Positions 28,814-37,577 of a stretch of DNA of 64,000 bases are shown piece by piece. Source of the DNA: a virus. The stretch is taken from positions 16,204-80,203 of the IMG/VR virus record IMGVR_UViG_3300034356_001764; one strand, given 5' to 3'. The notes beneath the pieces were generated by a model. That model had not been told where the DNA came from. It made no database searches and worked only from the letters and a program-made list of their open reading frames with translations. Every line of letters begins with the position of its first letter. The first letter of the stretch is position 1. Position numbers and translations under genes: made by a program.

Positions 28814-30508
28814 TTATAATTGTCCACCTGGACGTGGACCTGGTCTAAAACCTCTTGGAGGTAGTGGAGGAAATATAATTGGAACAATACATTCTGTTTC
28901 ACATGTAAAGTTATCAAATTCACAAACACCACATGCAGTTAACCATTCAGTAGTAACATCATTAAACTCAGACAGACCAGTATTATCTGTTGCAACAACT
29001 TGCAATAAGTATTGATCATTATCAAATGTACTTGATGGGTTGTTGAAACGTGGAACACTATGTTGTAAACATGATTGGAAGTACAAACCATTACGGTTAA
29101 TTGAAGCAATGATTTGGTTTCCTTGAGTAATTTCACGGATACGTAAATCAGAATGTAAGAAGTTTTGTCTGTATGCTTCTGACAATGTTAAGTCACGTAC
29201 AATTGTTTCACCAAGTCCATTAGCTTGAGTACCTAAACACTCATGAACTACACAAATTCCATCAAATGTACATGGATCACCATTTAAGTCAACCTCTGAT
29301 GCATAAAGTTTAACTGGTTCAACTTCATAGAAGTCAGTTAATTGGAATGTACAATCACCAAACTTAGTATCAACATAAGCACCATTTAATATCATACCTG
29401 CACATGCACCATCAATATATCCTGGAGATACATAGTTATCCCAAGTATCACCACCTAAAGCAACTAAGTCAGCAGCAGAAGTTCCTGGAGCATACCAAAG
29501 AACACCAGTCTGATCTTGTACAATAATTTGTACAAAAGGATTTACTACTGGGTAACGTAAGATTGCATCAGCCCATTTGATAAATACTTCAGTTGAGTCA
29601 ACCGGAGTTGGTGCAATTGAACCTTCTGGACAACATCCTGTATATGCATCAGCAATATAGTATGCATTGTGATTCAAGTAACGTAAAGCAGGAGAACCTT
29701 TGATATCAATACGTAATGAGTAAGTCTCACCACATAAGAATTCTTTACAACATGAAACACCACCTGAACCTGTAATTGGATCTACATTAGCTGTAGTAAC
29801 GTCAGTTACAGTAATTTCTGCAAGACCATCACCACCACCTGTAAGAGTAATTACATCAGCAGGAGGAATACCAGAACCATCACTATATCCTTTTCCAGGA
29901 TTAATAATTGTAACAGATGTAACTGCGCCACCCACTCCAGTGCCACTTATTTGAACTACAATTCCAATACCAGCTCCTGTAGTAGTTGTTGCTGTAATAA
30001 CTTCACCTAATACATATCCAGAACCATCATTAGCAGGAACTACAGCAGCAGCAAGTACACCACCACCTGCAGTCCAGAATGTAGAACCAACATGAAGTAC
30101 TTCATTTTGAGGTTCACATGGATCTACTGTGTAGAAACGTGATACATACTTAGGATTGATCATCTTAGACTTGTTAGTCTCAGTGTATCCACCATGGAAA
30201 GGACCAATTTTGTCATTAGTATAAATTGCAGAACCTGCAAGTATTACATTACAACAATTGTCAGGAATAACTGACAAGTTAGTTTTTGGATTAAAATATC
30301 CAATATACCCACTGTAGAAAGCACCAAAAATATTTTCTGCTTGAGCAGATAATGAATTTAATGCATAAGTTGGTAAACCAGTAGTAGTTAAAAATCCATC
30401 AACTGTAACTGCTGGAGCAACTGTGCCATCAAGCAAAGTTACAGTTGTTGTTAAAGACTCTCCTGTTGCAAGGAATGTCTTTCTAAACGCGTGATTAAAA
30501 TAAGCCAT
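28814..30508 (-). CDS. Putative auxiliary capsid/decoration protein
   Basis: CGETYSLRIDIKG motif; own promoter motif and terminator; Gly/Thr-rich insert (IINPGKGY). Synteny with the crAss auxiliary capsid gene. Confidence 0.5.
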   Translation of the reverse strand: MAYFNHAFRKTFLATGESLTTTVTLLDGTVAPAVTVDGFLTTTGLPTYALNSLSAQAENIFGAFYSGYIGYFNPKTNLSVIPDNCCNVILAGSAIYTNDKIGPFHGGYTETNKSKMINPKYVSRFYTVDPCEPQNEVLHVGSTFWTAGGGVLAAAVVPANDGSGYVLGEVITATTTTGAGIGIVVQISGTGVGGAVTSVTIINPGKGYSDGSGIPPADVITLTGGGDGLAEITVTDVTTANVDPITGSGGVSCCKEFLCGETYSLRIDIKGSPALRYLNHNAYYIADAYTGCCPEGSIAPTPVDSTEVFIKWADAILRYPVVNPFVQIIVQDQTGVLWYAPGTSAADLVALGGDTWDNYVSPGYIDGACAGMILNGAYVDTKFGDCTFQLTDFYEVEPVKLYASEVDLNGDPCTFDGICVVHECLGTQANGLGETIVRDLTLSEAYRQNFLHSDLRIREITQGNQIIASINRNGLYFQSCLQHSVPRFNNPSSTFDNDQYLLQVVATDNTGLSEFNDVTTEWLTACGVCEFDNFTCETECIVPIIFPPLPPRGFRPGPRPGGQL

Positions 30509-30571
30509 TTTTTCTTTTTTTTAATTTATAAACAATACTATAATATAATAAAACTTTTTGAAACTTCCAAA

Positions 30572-31084
30572 TTATTTTAAGAAAAGTAATTTGTATTTTG
30601 TAGAATTAATAGAATCTTTTATAAGATCTAAATTATTTACTATTTCTGAGTATGGCATTTTACCTTGTAGTTTAGTTACCATAGCATAGATATCTCTTAG
30701 GTAAGCAACACCATCTGCAACTGTGTCAAGTGTTCTTGGTGCTACATCTTTACACTGAAGTATTTTTTCAGATACTCCTTGGTAACCTTCCATAAGAGTA
30801 TCTACAAAATCAGGTAATACATCATAAAATTTATTAAGAGCTTTATGAGCAGCATATGATCCTTCTCCTGTTACTTTAAGGTGTAATTTATGAAAACTAT
30901 TTCTTGCATTCATTAATTCCATTGCACAAGCTGCTACCATTGTATCTAAAGAACTTCCACCAACTCCTGAATCTGGAGTAGGTTCAGGTTTAGCTGGTTC
31001 TGACTTAGGCACTATTGGTAATGATTGAGGTCTACTAATATTTGCTGACTCAGGATTTCTTTTTAACATTCTAGGTTTTTCCAT
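30572..31084 (-). CDS. Ferritin/Dps-like protein
   Basis: HKLHL.V.G...YAAHKALNKFYD...D.LME.YQG four-helix motif. Confidence 0.7.
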   Translation of the reverse strand: MEKPRMLKRNPESANISRPQSLPIVPKSEPAKPEPTPDSGVGGSSLDTMVAACAMELMNARNSFHKLHLKVTGEGSYAAHKALNKFYDVLPDFVDTLMEGYQGVSEKILQCKDVAPRTLDTVADGVAYLRDIYAMVTKLQGKMPYSEIVNNLDLIKDSINSTKYKLLFLK

Positions 31085-31089
31085 TATTT

Positions 31090-31788
31090 TTAGTTGTTAC
31101 GTTCAGCAGTTTCTGTTCCTCTAGAAAATTGGTTTCCTGATTCAATATCTCCGGCCAGAATAGCCACAGCCTCATCAATTATTACTTCAATTATATCATC
31201 TTTAAATTCACAGTTTACTTCTACAGTAGAAGCAAGTCCAGTATATGGATCTACACAACCTTGTACTTGAATTTTAATTGGCTGTCTATAGTAAATAAGA
31301 TCAGCTGTTCCAACTTCAAAATCTCCATTAGTGTAGATGTTTACTCCATTGCCTTTTAATGTTGCAAAAGTTTCTGCCCATTCAAAGTTAGGCTGCTTTG
31401 CTTTATCTCTAAGAAGCTGATTAAGATTTCCCTCTTCTGCTAAGTATACAGTCATACGTCTTTTATCACAACAACCTTTTTTAGCAAAAACATCAACTCT
31501 CTTCCATTGTAAATAGTCTGCTGGTATATTCCCCCGGAAATAATACTCCTTATTGATCAAGCCTAAACCATTAGTAACAAGTAATACTTGGAGATCATCC
31601 TTTCTTCTTGTAGACTGTTCATCACCCTCTCTCACAGGATTAATCCCATGAAGCTGTCTTCTAGCCCACTCTACCTGAGCTTTATTAAAGGACTCAACAA
31701 TTTGCCAGCATTCTATGTTGTCATAGTCTTGACTGTCAAGCTTATTAAGCCTTTGCTTCATCTTAACGGTTATAACACTGTTATTCAT
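31090..31788 (-). CDS. Tail ring/head-tail adaptor protein
   Basis: FNKAQ...DDLQVL...PADY...YYRQP...EIIDEAV-type pattern of crAss ring proteins. Confidence 0.6.
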   Translation of the reverse strand: MNNSVITVKMKQRLNKLDSQDYDNIECWQIVESFNKAQVEWARRQLHGINPVREGDEQSTRRKDDLQVLLVTNGLGLINKEYYFRGNIPADYLQWKRVDVFAKKGCCDKRRMTVYLAEEGNLNQLLRDKAKQPNFEWAETFATLKGNGVNIYTNGDFEVGTADLIYYRQPIKIQVQGCVDPYTGLASTVEVNCEFKDDIIEVIIDEAVAILAGDIESGNQFSRGTETAERNN

Positions 31789-31791
31789 ATC

Positions 31792-32016
31792 TTAGTTTCC
31801 TTTTCTTGCTTTAGCCATTGCTTTAAAAGTTTTGGCTAATGCTTTACGTTTTGGTGTACAAGTTGGTTTTGACATGGGAGTGCAAAAACCTTTATGTTTT
31901 GGATTAACAGCATCCTGTATCCAGTTCTTATCTTTTACAGCACCACCTTTTTTATACTGGTTTGTTCCACGGTTTGTCTTAATTATTTGACTAAGACTAG
32001 TATCTCCAGTTGCCAT
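31792..32016 (-). CDS. Small basic protein (YKKGG + WIQ.AVNPKHKG module)
   Basis: Lys-rich; C-terminal module paralogous to 33145-33294. Confidence 0.7.
   Translation of the reverse strand: MATGDTSLSQIIKTNRGTNQYKKGGAVKDKNWIQDAVNPKHKGFCTPMSKPTCTPKRKALAKTFKAMAKARKGN
31814..31848. repeat. Direct repeat copy 1 (35 nt identical to 33158-33192)
   Basis: gccattgctttaaaagttttggctaatgctttacg at both loci, with similarity extending about 75 nt further. Confidence 0.9.
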
Positions 32017-32018
32017 AA

Positions 32019-32363
32019 CTATTTCTTTTTAAGGGAACCGCCTAGTTTTTTAATAACTCCACGGCCTTTAAGAATATCAGCTTTAGTAACTTTACCATCT
32101 TTGTTTAAATCTGGAAAACCACCTTTAGCCATTTTACGTGCCATTACACATCTTCCATTTTCATCTCTAACCATACCACCTTTACAAGAAGATTGTACTG
32201 CACGGTTAGGAGCAAATGCTACTGACCCACCTTTTTTAAGCATGCGTCCTTCATCAGTACGTGGGTTATTACCATACTTAGGCATTCCAACAATTTCTGC
32301 TGATCCACCTTTTTGCATTTTCTTCATTTTTGTGGTACCCCCACATTGCATACATTTTGCCAT
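32019..32363 (-). CDS. Small basic multi-GG protein
   Basis: Six xxGG motifs; EF-hand/dockerin-like FPDLNKDGKVTKADIL module. Confidence 0.7.
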   Translation of the reverse strand: MAKCMQCGGTTKMKKMQKGGSAEIVGMPKYGNNPRTDEGRMLKKGGSVAFAPNRAVQSSCKGGMVRDENGRCVMARKMAKGGFPDLNKDGKVTKADILKGRGVIKKLGGSLKKK

Positions 32364-32375
32364 GATATATAGTTT

Positions 32376-32843
32376 TTAACAATTCCATTTTTTTAGTGAA
32401 AGAGCCTTTCTTGTAGGTCTTCCTTTTTCATCCTTCATAGGCCCAGGCATTCCTGACATTCTAGCACAGAAACTCTTACGTCTCTTAGCATCTTTGCTTC
32501 CAGCTTTAAGCTTTGAAGGTTTAGTAGTTACAGCTGTCTTAAGTTTACTACCAGGATTAGCTGCTCTATAGCTTGCTACACCTTTAGCATTAAGACCTCC
32601 TGTAGGATTCTTACCTTCTTTCCTTGTCCAAGCGGCTGTGCTTCCACCATTTTTCATGGCTTTACCTTTGTATGTAGATTGTCTATCAAAACCTGGATCA
32701 TTTTTTATTCCTCTAGATTGATATGAATTAGGGGGTGTATAATTAAAACCTGGATCATTTTTTTTTTGTTGTTTAAATGTTTTACCCATTTGATTTTTTA
32801 GTAACCAATCAATTTTTCTTGTCCAAGCTGCAGTCTTTGCCAT
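32376..32843 (-). CDS. Basic protein with conserved phage domain (AWTRKEGKNP...RRKSFCARM)
   Basis: Recognisable widespread phage module (DUF6321-like, from memory); alternative start MGKTF at 32789. Confidence 0.65.
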   Translation of the reverse strand: MAKTAAWTRKIDWLLKNQMGKTFKQQKKNDPGFNYTPPNSYQSRGIKNDPGFDRQSTYKGKAMKNGGSTAAWTRKEGKNPTGGLNAKGVASYRAANPGSKLKTAVTTKPSKLKAGSKDAKRRKSFCARMSGMPGPMKDEKGRPTRKALSLKKWNC

Positions 32844-32857
32844 TATTCAATATTTTA

Positions 32858-33142
32858 TTATTGCTTCTCTTTAAGCTTTTTAACCCCAAAGTAAACTCCG
32901 GTTCCTGCAGCTCCTGCTCCAAGAATACCACCTACTACACCAGCACCTTTTTCTTTAAAGTTACTCCAAGCTCTAGCTCTCTTATTCTTTTTCTGGGCAC
33001 GGTTAAAATTACATCCTCCGCGTTGCGCTTCAGGTAGTGAATTCATATTACCTATCATGGCTCCGTTACTAGCTTTCTTTAATTGAGCTTCTTTAACATT
33101 ATTAAAATGTGTAAGCGGATTTACTTTCTTTACTGCTTTCAT
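32858..33142 (-). CDS. Small basic protein with Gly-rich hydrophobic C-terminal helix
   Basis: AQRGG followed by a cationic segment and GAGVVGGILGAGAAGTGVYFGV. Confidence 0.65.
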   Translation of the reverse strand: MKAVKKVNPLTHFNNVKEAQLKKASNGAMIGNMNSLPEAQRGGCNFNRAQKKNKRARAWSNFKEKGAGVVGGILGAGAAGTGVYFGVKKLKEKQ

Positions 33143-33144
33143 AA

Positions 33145-33294
33145 TTATCTTTTTTTTGCCATTGCTTTAAAAGTTTTGGCTAATGCTTTACGCTTTGGTG
33201 TACAAGTAGGTTTAGACATTGGAGTACAGTAACCTTTGTGTTTAGGATTTACTGCTTTTTGAATCCATTTGTCATCCTTCTTTTTAGTTGCCAT
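33145..33294 (-). CDS. 49-aa basic protein (missed by ORF track)
   Basis: MATKKKDDKWIQKAVNPKHKGYCTPMSKPTCTPKRKALAKTFKAMAKKR fills the gap between neighbours with 2-nt spacers; paralogue at 31792. Confidence 0.8.
   Translation of the reverse strand: MATKKKDDKWIQKAVNPKHKGYCTPMSKPTCTPKRKALAKTFKAMAKKR
33158..33192. repeat. Direct repeat copy 2
   Basis: Identical to 31814-31848. Confidence 0.9.
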
Positions 33295-33296
33295 AA

Positions 33297-33635
33297 CTAT
33301 ACTTTTTTAACTCTTCTTCCCATACCTACTCTAGACTTCTCAGCTTTTTTAGCAATTAGTTTAGAAGGTGTAATTTCACTCTTTGTTTTAGGTGTATCTT
33401 TAGATACTCTTCTTGTAGGCCGGCAGTATTCATTTTTACCACCGGCTCCACAAGCTTTACCTGATTTTGTATCTTGCCATTTTTCTGCTTGCCATCTTTT
33501 TAAGTTTGTTCCTTCTTTAGTCTTTCTTACTGTACCTGAACCTTTACGGCATTTGGCAATAGCCTGAGAAGCTCTAGCTGAAGGAAACACAGCATACTGT
33601 GCTTTTACTTTACTATAACAAGCATCTTTAGGCAT
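33297..33635 (-). CDS. Basic conserved phage protein
   Basis: DACYSKVK...PSARAS...KCR and LKRW..EKW...C...YCRP modules; very Lys/Arg-rich. Confidence 0.65.
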   Translation of the reverse strand: MPKDACYSKVKAQYAVFPSARASQAIAKCRKGSGTVRKTKEGTNLKRWQAEKWQDTKSGKACGAGGKNEYCRPTRRVSKDTPKTKSEITPSKLIAKKAEKSRVGMGRRVKKV

Positions 33636-33638
33636 AAT

Positions 33639-34811
33639 TTATTTCTTTTTCATTCTCATCATTCCACCCATTTTAGCTTTAGGTGTAGCTGTTTTAGGAG
33701 CTGCACTAGTACCACCAGTACGTCCTTTAGCAACATTAGATGCAGCAGCTTTTGGATTTACTCCAGACTTAACACCTTTTGATCCTGCAACAGTTTGTTT
33801 TTTAACTGTAGCATTAGGATTTACCATACCACCAGTCTTATAACCTAAAATAGTTTTAGCAGCTGATTTTACTCCATCATAAAAAGATCCTTTTTTTGTG
33901 TAATTAGGATATCTTTTTTCAATAGCATCATCAACTTTTTTTGCTCCTGATCCAATAGCTTTATATGCTTTGTATTCAGGAGTAGCTTTAACTGCTGCTT
34001 TAACTACCTTCTTAGTATTTTTAGCAGAGTCTGTTACACCTTTACTAACACCTTTTGCTACTTGCTTAACACCAGCTTTTACATCTGACATTGCTCCACC
34101 TTTTTGCATTTTTAGACCAGAACCTTGTTTCTTTGCATAACGCATAGTTGCATTAGTTTCTCTTTTAGCTTGTCTTTTTTCTTTAGGTGTCATTGGTGCA
34201 TCAGTCATTCTAGTTGAGAATGGTGTTGGTCCACCTTTTTGAGCCATCATTGGTCTTGCCATTGGTCTGTCCGGACCTGTCATTCTAATTTTACTATCAA
34301 TGTATCCTCTTGTTGAATTTTTTTTAATAGTTCCTTTTGTAGTTTTTACACCACCTTTTTGAAATTCACCAGGAGCACTAGAACCACTTGTTTTATCTTT
34401 AACAGCTTTTACTATGTCAGCTGCAGAACCTGCAGTTTTAGCTACATTGCCTGTAATAGTTGCTGCTTTTTCATAGGCAGTAGGTTCAGTACCAGCTTTA
34501 ATACGGTCTGTCTTTGCAGTTATCTTTGCAAGCTTTTGATCTTGCTTTGCAGATTTTTTGATATCCTTAAAAGAAGCACCACCATCTTGGTATTTAGCTT
34601 TAGTAGTACCACCATATTTCATTTTACCTGATGCTTCCATTTTTGCTTTTTCTTCAGCAGCTTTTTTAGCTTTACGTCTATTTGAAATATTCTTTCCAAT
34701 ACCAGCAGCACCTGCAGCAGCAGCACTAATACCAGCAATGATTTGACTTGCTTTAGCACCTTTTGATCCTTTTACCTCAGACCCAGTCTGATATTTTTTC
34801 ATTGTTTTCAT
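33639..34811 (-). CDS. Lys/Ala-rich multi-GG putative core/DNA-condensing protein (390 aa)
   Basis: Histone H1-like composition; seven xxGG motifs. Confidence 0.65.
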   Translation of the reverse strand: MKTMKKYQTGSEVKGSKGAKASQIIAGISAAAAGAAGIGKNISNRRKAKKAAEEKAKMEASGKMKYGGTTKAKYQDGGASFKDIKKSAKQDQKLAKITAKTDRIKAGTEPTAYEKAATITGNVAKTAGSAADIVKAVKDKTSGSSAPGEFQKGGVKTTKGTIKKNSTRGYIDSKIRMTGPDRPMARPMMAQKGGPTPFSTRMTDAPMTPKEKRQAKRETNATMRYAKKQGSGLKMQKGGAMSDVKAGVKQVAKGVSKGVTDSAKNTKKVVKAAVKATPEYKAYKAIGSGAKKVDDAIEKRYPNYTKKGSFYDGVKSAAKTILGYKTGGMVNPNATVKKQTVAGSKGVKSGVNPKAAASNVAKGRTGGTSAAPKTATPKAKMGGMMRMKKK

Positions 34812-34823
34812 TTTATTTTAAAT

Positions 34824-35843
34824 TTAAGAGTTCCAATACTTTTCACAAGCAATGTTTAGATCCTTAAGAACATCCTCATTTAAAGGATTTTTTAAGTGCT
34901 CTATTACATCAGACACATTTCTTCCAAGCATTGCTCCAGTTTTTGTGTGATAGATATAACCATCTGCCTTACTTATAATATACTTAAAAAATACGGAATC
35001 TCTAACAATTGATTTAATTTTTAATGTTTCCATATCTAAGTTTGTTGCATCAATGAAAGTTTTTGCTGCTCTTTCCTTGTTGCTTTCACCACCTTCTCCA
35101 TTAATATATATATCCATGTTCTCATAGATAACATCATTTGGAGTTGATTTTCTATACTGTGTACTATTGATATCTACAACTTTTGCAATGTAGAATAACT
35201 TAGTACTGTTTTTATCAAATAATTTCTGAAGTTCAGCTAATGCTTTGTTACGCATTTTCTTGTATTCAGTTCTTACCATTACTGTTTCCTCAGCTTTATC
35301 TAAGTAAAACTTAGGCGGAACAGCTTTTGATCTTGCATCATCATAACTTTTTGAAACTATTGAAAACCCTCCGGCCTCAATTGCAAATAGTTTGATTCTA
35401 TCATATGGATCAGCTGGATCTAAATAACTAGGCTCATTACCACATGATACACTTATTTTGTTCCAGAATTCAGCATTGTCAGGTTTTAATAACTTAACTT
35501 TATTCCAAAATTGTGGATCTTCAATTTCAATTACATTTGCAGCTAACTCTTTCTCTAGCTCAATAATTGCTTCTCTTACTTGTCTTACTTTAGCTTCTTT
35601 ATCTTCTGGATTTAAAAGTCTAATTTCTGGAGCAAATTCATTAAGACCTGTTACGTATCTTACTACTCCATTGTTTTCTAAACAAGCTAGTTGTTCATTA
35701 TGTGTTACTCCGTCAAACAGAGATAAACCATAAGATTCAAGACCCATGTTTGATGCATTAGCATCAAAGTAAGGACGGATGGCAATTGCAGTTTTCTTAA
35801 CTGTTCCCTTGCCTGTTTCTACCATTGTGAATTGTGCTTCCAT
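34824..35843 (-). CDS. Conserved crAss-like protein downstream of the major capsid gene
   Basis: Synteny; LDPADPYDRIK and C-terminal LGRNVSDVIEHL motifs. Confidence 0.5.
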   Translation of the reverse strand: MEAQFTMVETGKGTVKKTAIAIRPYFDANASNMGLESYGLSLFDGVTHNEQLACLENNGVVRYVTGLNEFAPEIRLLNPEDKEAKVRQVREAIIELEKELAANVIEIEDPQFWNKVKLLKPDNAEFWNKISVSCGNEPSYLDPADPYDRIKLFAIEAGGFSIVSKSYDDARSKAVPPKFYLDKAEETVMVRTEYKKMRNKALAELQKLFDKNSTKLFYIAKVVDINSTQYRKSTPNDVIYENMDIYINGEGGESNKERAAKTFIDATNLDMETLKIKSIVRDSVFFKYIISKADGYIYHTKTGAMLGRNVSDVIEHLKNPLNEDVLKDLNIACEKYWNS

Positions 35844-35879
35844 TTTGTTGTTGGTTTTTTGTTGATTTTTAAAATTAGT

Positions 35880-35920
35880 AAAAAAAGGGGTAGATGCTGT
35901 GCAACCACCCCCGTTTTTTT
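35880..35920 (-). terminator. Intrinsic terminator after the major capsid gene
   Basis: GGGGT...ACCCC stem flanked by A and T tracts. Confidence 0.65.
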
Positions 35921-35931
35921 ATATAGTCTGG

Positions 35932-37548
35932 TTAGAATGATCCACCAGTAATTGGATTTCTCATGACAATCTTCAATACTTTAGTTGGATCTTTAACCCA
36001 AATAGCTGGCATTGTTTGAGACATCATTACACGGTATCCATTGAATTGTCCAGAAGACTGGAATCCTTGAGAACGTCCCATATAATCCATAGTACCATTC
36101 TGATACCACCACTTCAATTGATTATCCCAAGACAATTTCAACAAGAAGATGTTATCATTTGTGTTGTCTGTGATATCAAAGATAATGAATGAGTAAGAAG
36201 ATAATGGGAAACCATCAATGATTGGGTTCTCAATATCATTTGTATGAATGTTGTCAAATGCAGGATTCAATACAAACTTCACGTTAGCCAAGAATGGAAT
36301 AACATAAGAAGTGTAAGCAAATCCAAAATTCAAGTCCATACCTTTACCAGTGATAGCACCAATATCAGCAGCCTGAATCAAAAGACCTGAAGATACTGCT
36401 TCTCTTTTGATGGCTTCATTTACCATACGCATACCACCCATACCAGTTTGAACAACTAAGCTACGCTTAGGATCTGGACCTTGGAACTCAACCTTACCAT
36501 TGAAGAAGTTGTAGATTTCTCCACGGAACAAATCCAATGTAAAGTTATTCTTATTGTATACTCTTTTGAAAGAGTTATCCAATTGCTTCCAAAGACCCAC
36601 TGACATTCTGATATCATCTGGTCCATCTTGCTTAACACGTCCACCGTGACCCCACATAAGGTAAGTCTCAATATCTGTAGCAATTTTAGACAAGTGAGCA
36701 GATTCCATATTTGTCAAGAATGATCTAGAAAGATCTCCATTGTCAAATGCTTTCTTCACTTTGTCTTTACCCATAACCTTCACCATGTCTTCCAAAGAAG
36801 TAACAGATGGATCAATGTTTTTGTCAAATGTTCTCCAGATCTCAGTTACTGGAACTGTACCATCTGCATTCATTCCACCTTTAATCATCAAGTCAGCACG
36901 TGATGAGATAGAATAATGTACGTGAGCTTCTGCTCCTCCTACATAGTTGTAGAATTCACGGAAACCTGTTTTAGTGATGATGTCAGAGAATCTTTCACCA
37001 TATTCACCACGTGCAGAACCTTTACGGAAAACTTTAGTACCATTTGATAAGTACTTGTTCTCTAAGTATTTGTAGTTGTCATTGTTTACTAACTGAACAG
37101 TATAGATATAGCCATCTCCAATTGGAAGGATATCTTCATCTGTAATGTACATCTCACAACCATTGTATTTGTCATATGTGATGATATCACCATGTCCAAA
37201 CTCACGTCTGCTTAATTTGATGCGGAAAGTACTTCCATCAACACCTTTAAAAGTATTGTCTGGTTCAATATCCTCAATTACATAAGGAAGCTCATTAGAG
37301 ACAGGTGTTTGCCACTTGTACTCTCCACGAGCATTATCAACCATTATTACATTCTTTCCACCGAAGCTAGACATTTGGTAAAGAGGCATTTCAACCTTCT
37401 GAGCCATAGCCCAAAGGTCCACTGGACCTAGATCCATTGGTTCTGCATCCTTCAACATGTTAACCAAGTGGTAGGAATCTACGTGTGAACTAGCATTGTA
37501 GTTGGTATCCCGTAGAAATATACCATTGTTTAAAACTGGAGTTGCCAT
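35932..37548 (-). CDS. Major capsid protein (HK97 fold, crAss-like)
   Basis: 538 aa; EYKW, IETYLMWG and GLWKQL motifs; TGMGGM segment; follows portal and scaffold-like genes; strong terminator. Confidence 0.85.
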   Translation of the reverse strand: MATPVLNNGIFLRDTNYNASSHVDSYHLVNMLKDAEPMDLGPVDLWAMAQKVEMPLYQMSSFGGKNVIMVDNARGEYKWQTPVSNELPYVIEDIEPDNTFKGVDGSTFRIKLSRREFGHGDIITYDKYNGCEMYITDEDILPIGDGYIYTVQLVNNDNYKYLENKYLSNGTKVFRKGSARGEYGERFSDIITKTGFREFYNYVGGAEAHVHYSISSRADLMIKGGMNADGTVPVTEIWRTFDKNIDPSVTSLEDMVKVMGKDKVKKAFDNGDLSRSFLTNMESAHLSKIATDIETYLMWGHGGRVKQDGPDDIRMSVGLWKQLDNSFKRVYNKNNFTLDLFRGEIYNFFNGKVEFQGPDPKRSLVVQTGMGGMRMVNEAIKREAVSSGLLIQAADIGAITGKGMDLNFGFAYTSYVIPFLANVKFVLNPAFDNIHTNDIENPIIDGFPLSSYSFIIFDITDNTNDNIFLLKLSWDNQLKWWYQNGTMDYMGRSQGFQSSGQFNGYRVMMSQTMPAIWVKDPTKVLKIVMRNPITGGSF

Positions 37549-37577
37549 TTGTATTTATTTATTTAAATTGTTACTAA

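Noticed and set aside
10500-30508. Eukaryotic virus origin suggested by the SET domain and Cys-rich proteins
   Set aside because: Terminase, portal, PG hydrolases, holins, coupled operons and Bacteroidota promoters indicate a bacteriophage.
32758-32767. T10 tract as a phase-variation/frameshift site
   Set aside because: Homopolymers are common in this AT-rich genome and the frame stays open; no supporting evidence.
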